Notes: generated from the sequence alone by a model not told the origin. A stretch of DNA of 57,637 nucleotides from an uncultured Candidatus Saccharibacteria bacterium (GCA_964469295.1 CAYXYJ010000007.1:14465-72101); one strand, 5' to 3'; counted from the stretch's first letter, positions 29,862-38,981 are shown. Translations and numbers: made by a program.

Positions 29862-31961
29862 ATGTTTTTATCAGTCGTAAAATTATGGAATTTCAGACAG
29901 TTTGGTTCAGTAGGATCTGAAAAAAACAGAAAACCTGACTTGCATACAACATTTGGTCCAGGGCTTAACTTGTTTGTGGGAGAGAATGATTCAGGTAAGA
30001 CGACTGTTGTTGACGCGATAAATTACATCGTTATTCCGCAGAGCTACGAAAACATGCGAATCAGGCATGATGATTTTTTTGGTGATGAAGATTGGCTAAG
30101 AATTGAATGTGTCTTTACTGGATTCACTTCAAATCAGGCTAAAAACTTCATCGAGTACTTAACAATTGATGATAAAAAAGTTTCAGAAATTGCAGCTGAA
30201 GAATTAACTGAGGATGAGCTAATAGAGAAACAGATTGCAAATCTAGAGATGACACTATTTTTGGAAGCTGAAAAAAATAGTGGAGATAAGCCTTTGTGGC
30301 ATAGGGTCAAAGTAAAAGTTGGAGATGAGGTGGTCGACTTAAGTGGTGATGTTCGATTTCAGTTTCTCAGATCAATGTATCTCAAGCCTTTAAGAGATGC
30401 AGAGAGCGAACTCACTGCTAAGCCAAGGTCAAGATTGTCACAGATTCTTCTTAAACATGATTCTTTTGAAGAGGCAAAGGGAGAAAAACACCCTCTCACC
30501 AAGGTATTTTCTGTGGCGAATACTGACATCAGAGGCTTCTTCGAAGGCGAATTTGCAGACCCTGAATCGGTACTGGATATTTTGAGTAGATTATTTATCT
30601 TGTCATCGAAAAAGGTTGAGCAAGGTCTGAATGCTGCAGATGAGGCAGAGTTAAGTTCTTTGCTTGATGAATACCATGATATTAAAACCAATAAAAATGT
30701 CTCTGGTAAAAGAGTAAGTGAACAAATTGGAGAGCACCTAAACAGGTTTCTTTCAAAGAAAAAGAGTAAACAGGCAAAGTTTGATATTTCTGATCAGCAA
30801 TTGTCACAGGTTTTGCAAAAACTTAATCTGGCTCTTGATGAGAAGCGCTCTGGCTTAGGTGCATTAAATATTTTGTTTATGAGTGCTGAACTGCTTCTTT
30901 TGGCAAGAGAGAAGTCAGCAAGTTTACAGTTGGGCATTATTGAGGAGGCTGAGGCACATCTTCATACACAAGCACAGATGAGAGTTCTTGATTACCTACA
31001 ATCGTTAGCTGACAAGAGTGCAGATTCTATGCAGCTATTCGTTACAACACACAGCACTCATATTGCTTCAAAGGTTAAGCTCAAAAACTTAATCTTGTTT
31101 AGAAATGGTAAGGCTTTCAGTATGGCGCCCAACCACACGAAACTTGAACCTCAAGATTACTCATTTCTGGAAAGATTCCTTGACGCAACAAAAGCAAATT
31201 TGTTTTTTGCTGAGGGAGTTTTAATTGTTGAGGGAGATGCTGAGAATATTTTGCTTCCCAGTCTGGCAAAGTTGATTGGCAGAGATCTTGTTTCTTACGG
31301 AGTTTCAGTTGTAAATGTGGGACATTCAGGACTCACACGATTTTCTGATATTTTCATTCGTAAAGAAGGTGAAAGTGAGCTTGATGTGCCTGTCGCAAAT
31401 ATTAAGGATCTTGATGTAAATTACAAAGATTATCTTGTAGAAGGAAAGTTAACGCTTCCTGAAAATATTGCAGAACTGGAGTTATCAAATTGGGAGAAAA
31501 AGGTAGAAGGAGAAGATCAGTGTGTGAAAAATTTTATTTCACCTCACAAAACTCTTGAATACGACTTGGCTCTAGATCAAGAGTTGAGAACTTTGTTTGC
31601 TAGGGCTGTATTTAGGATGATTCATTCTAGGCGCAAACAAGGTGAAGGGATTTTTATACAGGATGAAGCTTCGTTAAAAGCTGCAGATGAAGAGGCGGAT
31701 AATTTCATAAAAGAATCAGTGGAGGCCGGTAAAACTGACCAGCAAACAGCTTACGATTTATATAGGAAATGTAAGAAACACAAGACTCTAACAGCTCAAT
31801 TTTTTGCTCAGATATTAGAGGAATTCACACCTTCTGAACACCTCGATCCTAAGGGGCAGTTAATGTGTCGTGCAGTACAGGCTTCATTGGTCGCTAAGTT
31901 AAAACGTGGGAATGCTGGTTATTTGTTGAATGCTATTGAATATGTGACTGAACCTTTATAA
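29862..31961 (+). CDS. gajA: OLD-family ABC-ATPase/TOPRIM nuclease (Gabija GajA-like)
   Basis: GENDSGKT Walker A, IIEEAEAHLH Walker B, VTTHS, TOPRIM IVEGDAE and DLD. Confidence 0.85.
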   Translation: MFLSVVKLWNFRQFGSVGSEKNRKPDLHTTFGPGLNLFVGENDSGKTTVVDAINYIVIPQSYENMRIRHDDFFGDEDWLRIECVFTGFTSNQAKNFIEYLTIDDKKVSEIAAEELTEDELIEKQIANLEMTLFLEAEKNSGDKPLWHRVKVKVGDEVVDLSGDVRFQFLRSMYLKPLRDAESELTAKPRSRLSQILLKHDSFEEAKGEKHPLTKVFSVANTDIRGFFEGEFADPESVLDILSRLFILSSKKVEQGLNAADEAELSSLLDEYHDIKTNKNVSGKRVSEQIGEHLNRFLSKKKSKQAKFDISDQQLSQVLQKLNLALDEKRSGLGALNILFMSAELLLLAREKSASLQLGIIEEAEAHLHTQAQMRVLDYLQSLADKSADSMQLFVTTHSTHIASKVKLKNLILFRNGKAFSMAPNHTKLEPQDYSFLERFLDATKANLFFAEGVLIVEGDAENILLPSLAKLIGRDLVSYGVSVVNVGHSGLTRFSDIFIRKEGESELDVPVANIKDLDVNYKDYLVEGKLTLPENIAELELSNWEKKVEGEDQCVKNFISPHKTLEYDLALDQELRTLFARAVFRMIHSRRKQGEGIFIQDEASLKAADEEADNFIKESVEAGKTDQQTAYDLYRKCKKHKTLTAQFFAQILEEFTPSEHLDPKGQLMCRAVQASLVAKLKRGNAGYLLNAIEYVTEPL

Positions 31962-31963
31962 AT

Positions 31964-33892
31964 ATGACCAGCGATGAGATTGATATTTTAGAAATTGAAA
32001 AGATTTTACTCCCAGCAGGAGCCAGCTTTAATGATGAGAGACGAAAATTTATATTTGAAAACTCAAAAAATGTTGACCTCATTGCTTGTGCTGGAAGTGG
32101 AAAGACAACAGCTTTGCTTGCAAAATTACTATTGCTTGAACGACAACATAAAGCTAAAGATGGCATATGTGTTCTAACTCATACTAATGTCGCAATAAAC
32201 GAAATCAAAGATAAGATTTCATCTGACTCCATTCTTCTTCAATTCCCTAGCAGTTTCAGTACCATACAACAGTTTGTTGATCGTTTTCTAACTATCCCTG
32301 CATATAGGCATTTAACAGGGCACAACCTTAAGCAAATTGATACTGAAGCAGCCAATAAACGCTTTGTGAACAACCTTTATGCTCTACCTAACTCTACTGA
32401 GAAAACTGCGCTGTTTGGTTATCAAAGTTTTGGAAGAGAATGGGAAGATCGTAAAAAGGTTCTTGAAAGAGGTGTTGAATATATTATTGAAGTGGGGTCC
32501 GGTCATTTTAAATTTACAGGCAATCACAATAACAGACCAATACCTCTGAAAAACCCTAATAGTAATTGCTATAAAGCGACCAAAAAAGCAAAAGATGCAG
32601 TTTTTCTTGAAGGGTACATTACATATGATGAGGCTTATTCGCTCGCTTTTTGGTATTTAGATAAGTTTCCGTTTATTGAAAAGTGTCTTTCGGAAAGATT
32701 CCGTTTTGTGTTTGTTGATGAGATGCAAGATTCGTCAAAAATCCAAATTGATCTGCTTAAAAGAATTTTCAGACATCCTGATAATGTGTTTCAAAGAATT
32801 GGCGATCCAAATCAAACTATCTATGACACAAACAATGATAACTTGTGCGAATGGGAGCCATCAGAAAATCTGCATAACCTGAAAGGGAGTTTGCGACTTT
32901 CTACATCTACCGTTAAGGCTATTTCAGGCATTAGAAATGATTGTACAGAGGAAATAGAGGGGAATGAAAATTTACCTACAATAAATCCTCACATCATTAC
33001 TTTTAAAGAAGGTGAAGAAAATAAAGCTATTCATGAGTACAAGAATTTGCTGATAAAGCATTGGTCCGAATTAGATTACAAGGAAGGTGATCAAATAAAG
33101 ATTGTGGGTTGGACAGGGAAAGACAATGGTGATTTATGTTTGCCTAGGTATAACCCATTATTTTCTAATTCTACTTCAAAGAAATATCTTCCAAATATTG
33201 AGAGCTACAAATCTCAGTTTGAATCACATATCAGAAAGCGGGGGTCATTAAAGGCCGCCAGGTCCTTGATTCTACAAACTGCCACTCAGCTACTATTTGA
33301 GTTGGGAGTAAAAAATGAAAATAAATATTACACCCAAGTAGATGTTGAAGAGAAAATTGAGTCTCACGTGGATTTGAATCGAAGATTATTGAATCTGTCT
33401 GTAAATCTGGCTTATTCAGAAAATGCTTGGGATAGAGTTAATGAATTCATTTCAAACAATGTTTTACCACTGTTTATTCAAGATGAAAAAAGTATTGATC
33501 ATGAAAAGCTTAATGAATTCCTAAACGGTGAATCAGTCGTTTCAATTACATCTGAAGAACCTAATGATGCAGAGGATTTCTTGGTGGTAGATGATTTTGA
33601 CACAAAGATTCCGATTACGACTTCGACCATTCACTCAGTCAAAGGGGAGACTCATAAATCTACCTTGTATGTAGAGACTAAGTACCATAAATATGATTTG
33701 GAACGATTATTAAAGGGTCTCTGTGGAGGTTTGGAAAAAGCAGATAACTTAGACGGAAAGAGAAAGATGATGGGCTATGTTGCTATGTCCAGAGCGTCTC
33801 ACCTACTTTGTTTAGCGGTCCGTGATGTTGTTATTGACCAAGATTTAGAAAAGCAATTACAAGGTATTGGTTGGGAAGTGGTAAGGGCTTAG
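31964..33892 (+). CDS. gajB: UvrD-like helicase (Gabija GajB-like)
   Basis: ACAGSGKT, LTHTN, VDEMQD, IGDPNQTIY, TIHSVKGE, YVAMSRA; 2 nt after the OLD nuclease. Confidence 0.85.
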   Translation: MTSDEIDILEIEKILLPAGASFNDERRKFIFENSKNVDLIACAGSGKTTALLAKLLLLERQHKAKDGICVLTHTNVAINEIKDKISSDSILLQFPSSFSTIQQFVDRFLTIPAYRHLTGHNLKQIDTEAANKRFVNNLYALPNSTEKTALFGYQSFGREWEDRKKVLERGVEYIIEVGSGHFKFTGNHNNRPIPLKNPNSNCYKATKKAKDAVFLEGYITYDEAYSLAFWYLDKFPFIEKCLSERFRFVFVDEMQDSSKIQIDLLKRIFRHPDNVFQRIGDPNQTIYDTNNDNLCEWEPSENLHNLKGSLRLSTSTVKAISGIRNDCTEEIEGNENLPTINPHIITFKEGEENKAIHEYKNLLIKHWSELDYKEGDQIKIVGWTGKDNGDLCLPRYNPLFSNSTSKKYLPNIESYKSQFESHIRKRGSLKAARSLILQTATQLLFELGVKNENKYYTQVDVEEKIESHVDLNRRLLNLSVNLAYSENAWDRVNEFISNNVLPLFIQDEKSIDHEKLNEFLNGESVVSITSEEPNDAEDFLVVDDFDTKIPITTSTIHSVKGETHKSTLYVETKYHKYDLERLLKGLCGGLEKADNLDGKRKMMGYVAMSRASHLLCLAVRDVVIDQDLEKQLQGIGWEVVRA

Positions 33893-33913
33893 ATTTGATA
33901 TATAAATTGTTGC

Positions 33914-34324
33914 ATGAGTAATTTACTTGATTTAATAACTAAAAACTACTGTACGCTTCTTAACGTGCCAACTTCAAAATCTGCCGAAGGGCAGGCTTGG
34001 CAAATAATTGCTAATTTTTGGTCCCAGCTCTGGCCCTACTTGTTAGGATTCCTGGTCGTGGTGGTGTTGGCCGAGTTGCTGACTCGCCATAAAAATGAAT
34101 ATAACTCTGCAAATGGATTTACGCCTCAATTTAATAGATTTGTGGGGAGTGGCACATACATGGGGCTTCAGATTGGTCTATATTTTCTGGTCCATTTAAT
34201 ATTTGGAAACATTGCTTATTGTTTCCCTTGGCCGTATCTAGCTCACATAGTGGTGTTTTCGCTGACATTTTACATTCTGCATTGGATAGGATTTTGGCCT
34301 AAAAAATATAAGAGAAAGTACTAA
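33914..34324 (+). CDS. Hypothetical membrane protein (about 3 TM)
   Basis: Hydrophobic segments; 21 nt after the helicase. Confidence 0.7.
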   Translation: MSNLLDLITKNYCTLLNVPTSKSAEGQAWQIIANFWSQLWPYLLGFLVVVVLAELLTRHKNEYNSANGFTPQFNRFVGSGTYMGLQIGLYFLVHLIFGNIAYCFPWPYLAHIVVFSLTFYILHWIGFWPKKYKRKY

Positions 34325-34397
34325 ATGGTTTTGACCAAAGCATAGGCTTGTGACTACAATAAGTTTGAATCTTTGATTCTTATCAAAAATCAAACTT

Positions 34398-34697
34398 ATG
34401 GCACGAGGAGGCAAAAGACCAGGCGCCGGTCGTAAAAAAGGATTTTCAGCAATCACCGCGGAAGAGAGTCGCAAAGTTATTGCTGATCTTGTAGCTAAAG
34501 ATATTGCTCCAATTACTAAGGCCTTAATTAAAAAAGCAAAACAGGGAGATGTAAAAGCAGCTAGCTTGCTGTTTGATCGTGCGTTTGGAAAGCTTGAGAC
34601 AAAAGCTCAAAAACCATCTTTTTTCTACAATGTAGCTGATGTTCGAGAGCGATATGGATCCGGGGCAATGGCGGAGGAGCGAAAGAAGTTCAGTTAG
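34398..34697 (+). CDS. Small phage-type protein, terminase-small-subunit-like
   Basis: MARGGKRPGAGRKKG N-terminus; KAKQGDVKAASLLFDRAFGK helix. Confidence 0.55.
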   Translation: MARGGKRPGAGRKKGFSAITAEESRKVIADLVAKDIAPITKALIKKAKQGDVKAASLLFDRAFGKLETKAQKPSFFYNVADVRERYGSGAMAEERKKFS

Positions 34698-34709
34698 TCA
34701 TTTTTAAGA

Positions 34710-35243
34710 TTAGAATCCAGTCTTGAGTCCGAGTATATCTTCTCTTAACTTTTTAATGAACATAGCTTCCTTTTCGCGTAGTTCGACTACCAAAAGAGCG
34801 TTCTCTAAATTAAGTTGCTCATCAGAACTATCGCTAAGGTGCTGAGCGAAAGCTGATCCGATGACTGGTTCATTATCGTCATTGAAAATATTGTCGTACT
34901 CTCTGTATCTATCGTTCAGTAAGTCACTAATACTAGATCTTTGCTCAAAGTTATAGCCATTTCTCTTATATGCTGAAAAATACTCCTCATGTACTAAATC
35001 TAGAAACAGATGATTAGTGAGTTTGTCTGTATAAATTGGATTAATTCTTAAGTACCAAAGAAGATATGCCATGGACTCAAATTTAAAGACTTCTTTAAAT
35101 TTGCCACTCCATGGATTTACCTCACTTTCATTTTCGAGTACAACATTGTGAGCAATTAAGGCAAGTTCACTTGATACAACTAATGCTACTTTTCTCAACG
35201 CTCTTTTAAAGCGCTTGAATTTTAAAAATTTAATTATTGACAT
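34710..35243 (-). CDS. Hypothetical protein
   Basis: 177-aa ORF preceded by a structured leader. Confidence 0.7.
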   Translation of the reverse strand: MSIIKFLKFKRFKRALRKVALVVSSELALIAHNVVLENESEVNPWSGKFKEVFKFESMAYLLWYLRINPIYTDKLTNHLFLDLVHEEYFSAYKRNGYNFEQRSSISDLLNDRYREYDNIFNDDNEPVIGSAFAQHLSDSSDEQLNLENALLVVELREKEAMFIKKLREDILGLKTGF

Positions 35244-35249
35244 ACAAAA

Positions 35250-35378
35250 AGCCCGCTACCAGGTAGGACCGAAGTCCATATCTAGAGTTTCCCCCAAATA
35301 GCACAAACAAGTGACCCCTGATAACGGGTTCTTTACTTGTTTGTGACTAACTTATTCGCACCATACCGCCAGCGGGCT
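35250..35378 (-). promoter_or_regulatory. Structured leader RNA / attenuator
   Basis: AGCCCGCT/AGCGGGCT closing helix plus U5 just before the ATG; 11-bp inner helix; cUUCGg hairpin. Confidence 0.65.
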
Positions 35379-35472
35379 GTCGGGTTAGGTGACTATATTG
35401 TGTTTGTAATATTACACTTAGTTTCTTGGTCCGCAAGCGTTACTTTTCACGGAAAAGAGCTAATATAAAATC

Positions 35473-36093
35473 ATGAAGGAGCTGGAGATTGAAGATACAT
35501 GTGGTGTATGTGAGAAAATTCAGAAAATTGCTGAGGGAAGTTCTTCTGGCCAGGTGTTAACTTACCTACTTGAGACAAGCTCCAACACTCGTTTAAAGAA
35601 AGAAAGAGCATGTCTTGAAGAACTCGCAAATGAGTACCATGCTATTACTTTTGTTGGTAGGGCTGAGACGCATCTAAATAAAATAAAATATAAATTCCGA
35701 ATAAACGAGAAGCGATTTCAAAAGCATTTAAACGACGAGTGTAATCCTGAACATTTCCCTAGAAAAATTGGTGACAGAGTTCAGATTATCGCAAGCATGA
35801 GGTGGGGTTTGTTTGTAAAAGGAAGGCCTGAGTACCGATGTAGATTGTCTCCGCGTAGAATGAAATTCATTTTTAACTTAATGTATGGATCTGATGATAT
35901 TCCAACGCGAAATGGTAAGAAAATGTCTACTTCAAACAAAACTAAAGCTGTGAATATTATCAACGACCAATTCATGAGTAGTCTGGGTTTTGATAAGAAG
36001 CTTGTTGAAGGGGATGGGGGTCGTGGTTATTACTTGAATGAGCTAGTTTATATTGTTACTCCAGACCAACAATATTCCACGGAAATGGAATAA
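35473..36093 (+). CDS. Hypothetical protein with possible C-terminal winged-helix DNA-binding domain
   Basis: C-terminal ...AVNIINDQF...LVEGDGGRGYYLN resembles an OmpR-type wing. Confidence 0.6.
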   Translation: MKELEIEDTCGVCEKIQKIAEGSSSGQVLTYLLETSSNTRLKKERACLEELANEYHAITFVGRAETHLNKIKYKFRINEKRFQKHLNDECNPEHFPRKIGDRVQIIASMRWGLFVKGRPEYRCRLSPRRMKFIFNLMYGSDDIPTRNGKKMSTSNKTKAVNIINDQFMSSLGFDKKLVEGDGGRGYYLNELVYIVTPDQQYSTEME

Positions 36094-36116
36094 AATGATA
36101 GTCGAATGATTTATGT

Positions 36117-36216
36117 CAGCTCTGTACTCTCGTAAGTACGGAGCTGGTTTTCGTTAAGACTCGTCACCAGTAAGGACTCTCCAAACCAGCTCCTTGGAGG
36201 GTCCTTACTGGTTTTT
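36117..36216 (+). promoter_or_regulatory. Two-hairpin RNA switch upstream of the rep/integrase gene run
   Basis: 12-bp and 19-bp stems each followed by T-runs; 11-nt cross-complementarity between 36140-36150 and 36183-36193. Confidence 0.65.
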
Positions 36217-36219
36217 ACT

Positions 36220-36378
36220 ATGCAACTTTCTGAACAACACGTTGAAGCGTTCATTGAACTATATAAAAAACATTATGGTGTTGTTCTTGATCGTGAAGTT
36301 GCAGTCGAGAAAGGTATTCAGCTTTGTAGATTAGTAGAACTTGTTGATTTTAGTCAAAGTGAATATGAAGAAGAATAA
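36220..36378 (+). CDS. Unannotated 52-aa protein (MQLSEQHVEAFIELYKKHYGVVLDREVAVEKGIQLCRLVELV...)
   Basis: Open frame ATG 36220 to TAA 36378, overlapping the next ORF; amphipathic helical pattern; below the ORF-track size cut-off. Confidence 0.7.
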   Translation: MQLSEQHVEAFIELYKKHYGVVLDREVAVEKGIQLCRLVELVDFSQSEYEEE

Positions 36379-36679
36379 AAAATTACTTGAAAGTGTTGTG
36401 GAAGTTTTTACCTTTAAAGAAGCGGTGGTTTTGCAATACACAGGTCACTCTCTTAGATCAATTGATAAAAATAATGACATTGATTGTCCGTATATCTATC
36501 GTTTCTTTCTTAGGAGCGACACATTAGCACTGCTTGATGATTTTGGAGAAGGTACGATTATGGTCGAACCGGGTTGTTTTATTGATGCTTTGGGAAACTT
36601 ATTGGAGCAAAAAGAACGCTTTGTGGGAGGGGGTAAGAATAAAAAAGATGACAATAAAGGGCTGGATCAAATTATTTAG
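36365..36679 (+). CDS. Hypothetical protein
   Basis: Overlapping ORF in the island operon. Confidence 0.55.
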   Translation: MKKNKKLLESVVEVFTFKEAVVLQYTGHSLRSIDKNNDIDCPYIYRFFLRSDTLALLDDFGEGTIMVEPGCFIDALGNLLEQKERFVGGGKNKKDDNKGLDQII

Positions 36680-37139
36680 GAGAGAATTTGAATGGTTCAA
36701 GGATCTTTCAAATCCAGAAATAGTGTATTTACTCGCTGCACGAGTCGTTGCAGAGTGGGATAATAAAAAGGAGCAATTTGGGACTTTTGATGCAAGAATC
36801 AAAGAAATGCAGAAGATTCTCGGATGGTCTGATGGTACTATAAGCAGAGTTGGCAAATTGCTTTTGAGCAAGGGTTATTTTCATAAAACTGATGACCATA
36901 GGCGCTGGAGGATAACAAATGCAGAATTATTTTTCTCTAAGGGTGGCAGTAGTAAAAAAGCTGAAAAAATTATTTTAGATACCGAAACTAATCTTCAAAC
37001 ACACGAACTTAATCTTCAGATATCTGAATATTTTCCAGATAAGATTAAGCAAGGAATCAAGGATTTAAAGGATAAAATGAGTGTGTCTGATGGCTCTAAG
37101 AAGAAGAATCAAGAAGATAAAGAAAATACAAATAAGTAA
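36648..37139 (+). CDS. Phage-type replication initiator / HTH protein
   Basis: N-terminal GWIKLFRR resembles the GWIKLHR motif of phage replisome organisers; HTH-like LGWSDGTISRVGKLL..KGY. Confidence 0.6.
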   Translation: MTIKGWIKLFRREFEWFKDLSNPEIVYLLAARVVAEWDNKKEQFGTFDARIKEMQKILGWSDGTISRVGKLLLSKGYFHKTDDHRRWRITNAELFFSKGGSSKKAEKIILDTETNLQTHELNLQISEYFPDKIKQGIKDLKDKMSVSDGSKKKNQEDKENTNK

Positions 37140-37142
37140 AAC

Positions 37143-38981
37143 ATGGACAGATATAAAGCAAGTAAATATTTCCTATACCTAAGACGGTCCCAAGACGCGG
37201 AAGATCGGCAGATGGCATCACTTGAAGACCAGGAGTCTGAGATGGTTGCTGTTGCTGAAAAACTAGGCCTAGAAATTGTTGACGTTATTGAGGAGTCTCA
37301 ATCAGCTAAAAAACCAGGAAGACCAAAATTTAATGACATGATTGCGAGAATCCATGCTGGAGAGGCAGATGGAATTGTTTGCTGGAAAATCAATCGCCTG
37401 GCTCGTAATCCAGTTGATGGTGGTCAGATCTCATGGCTTTTGCAGCAAGGGGTAATTAAACATATTCAAACGTACTCACGTGACTATCAGCCGTCAGACA
37501 ACGTGATTATGATGGCGGTTGAGCTTGGTATGGCGAACCAGTTTGTGAATGACTTGAGTGTCGATGTGAAGCGAGGAATGAGACAGAAGGCTGAACGTGG
37601 TTGGTATCCGCAGAGGTCTCTTCCTCCTGGCTACAAGCACAATAAGGGGTATGAAAAAGGTGAGGTTGAGATTGTGAGCACGAAGGAGCTCTCAATAGTG
37701 AAGAAGCTTTTCGAGGATATGCTGACCGGCAACTATTCTGCTTCGGATATTCAGAGAAAGTGTGGCACGTATGGAATAACCGGAAGGAAGGGGCAGCCAT
37801 TACCGCTTCAAACAGTCTTTAACATTCTCACCAATGAATTTTATTGTGGGTATTACTATTGGAAAGATTCTAATGGAGAAGAGGTAAGACACAAGGGCAA
37901 GCATAAGGCTATTTTGAGCGAGGATGAGTTTAATCGGGTCCAGAGGTTGTTGGGTAAGAAAGGGAGGCCAACACGCGTTAATAAGCTAGATTTTGCGTTT
38001 AGAGGCCCATTGAATTGTGGGGAGTGCGGGTGTGCTGTTACAGCTGAAGAAAAAGTGCGTTGTGTCTGTACTGGCTGCCGCTACAAATTCTCAGCCAAGA
38101 CTAGGACTGATTGTCCTAAGTGTGGTCTAGATCTATCAGAAATGAATGATCCAAAAATATACCGAAATGTCTACTACCACTGTACGAAAAAGAGAAAGGA
38201 CTATAAGTGCACTCAAAGTGTTATTGATGAAACGCAACTCAAGAAACAGGTGTATGGAGAATTAGGCAAAGTTGAGATTGATGAGGATTTCTACAACTGG
38301 GCAGTAGCGGCCCTTAAGCATACTCACGGTGATGAGATGCAGACTCAAGGTGACATCTTGAAGGGTCTTAATGATCGTTCTGTGGCTATTCAAGCACGTA
38401 TTGATAAGTTTGTACTGATGCGTGCAGATGGAGAGATTTCAAGTGATCAGCTTGCTCGTATGACAGCTGATGAAGAGAAAAGCTTAAAAGATATTGAAAA
38501 AGAGCAGAAGCGTCTTCATGCTCGTATGACAGAGTGGTCCGCTACTGCCGACAAGTATCTAACTTTTGCTGATCGGGTCCGCAGAAAATTCAATAAAGCT
38601 TCAAATGAAGAGAAAAGAGAGATGTTGACCATGTTAGGTTCGACACTCGAAATAACTGACAAAAAATTCAGAGTTATAGTCGCGAATGAGCTTTTAGGCT
38701 TCAAAAACGTCTATGTGAAATTGGGTAAGAAATTAGGAAGGTTCGACACTCAAAAAGCCCTTGATATACAAGGACTTTCTGAACAAAAACGCTTAGTTTT
38801 TGATGAACTGTGCGCCGGGAGGGATTCGAACCTTCGTAGGCTGATGCCAGCAGATTTACAGTCTGCCCTCGTTGACCGCTTGAGTACCGACGCAATTATG
38901 TGCATGAGGTGGTCAAACCTCATCTGTGTCGTACAACTTACCACAGATTGCCACTATTTTCAAAGGGGTCTTGTGTGGTAG
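37143..38981 (+). CDS. Large serine recombinase (integrase)
   Basis: YLRRSQ catalytic Ser, SAKKPGRPKF, INRLARN, recombinase domain, Zn-ribbon (CGECGC...YYHC), coiled coil. Confidence 0.96.
   Translation: MDRYKASKYFLYLRRSQDAEDRQMASLEDQESEMVAVAEKLGLEIVDVIEESQSAKKPGRPKFNDMIARIHAGEADGIVCWKINRLARNPVDGGQISWLLQQGVIKHIQTYSRDYQPSDNVIMMAVELGMANQFVNDLSVDVKRGMRQKAERGWYPQRSLPPGYKHNKGYEKGEVEIVSTKELSIVKKLFEDMLTGNYSASDIQRKCGTYGITGRKGQPLPLQTVFNILTNEFYCGYYYWKDSNGEEVRHKGKHKAILSEDEFNRVQRLLGKKGRPTRVNKLDFAFRGPLNCGECGCAVTAEEKVRCVCTGCRYKFSAKTRTDCPKCGLDLSEMNDPKIYRNVYYHCTKKRKDYKCTQSVIDETQLKKQVYGELGKVEIDEDFYNWAVAALKHTHGDEMQTQGDILKGLNDRSVAIQARIDKFVLMRADGEISSDQLARMTADEEKSLKDIEKEQKRLHARMTEWSATADKYLTFADRVRRKFNKASNEEKREMLTMLGSTLEITDKKFRVIVANELLGFKNVYVKLGKKLGRFDTQKALDIQGLSEQKRLVFDELCAGRDSNLRRLMPADLQSALVDRLSTDAIMCMRWSNLICVVQLTTDCHYFQRGLVW
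38811..38893 (-). tRNA. tRNA-Tyr(GTA)
   Basis: Cloverleaf, loop CTGTAAA, long variable arm; lies antisense inside the recombinase ORF tail. Confidence 0.95.

Larger units (their letters stand above)
29312..38817. mobile_element. ~9.5 kb integrative element / phage-satellite-like island in tRNA-Tyr
   Basis: 10-bp direct repeat CTGTGCGCCG at 29312-29321 and 38808-38817 (tRNA-Tyr 3' end); serine recombinase; AT-rich composition; defence cargo. Confidence 0.9.

Noticed and set aside
38701-38944. ORFs 38701-38895 and 38750-38944
   Set aside because: They are translations of tRNA-Tyr and the recombinase antisense strand.
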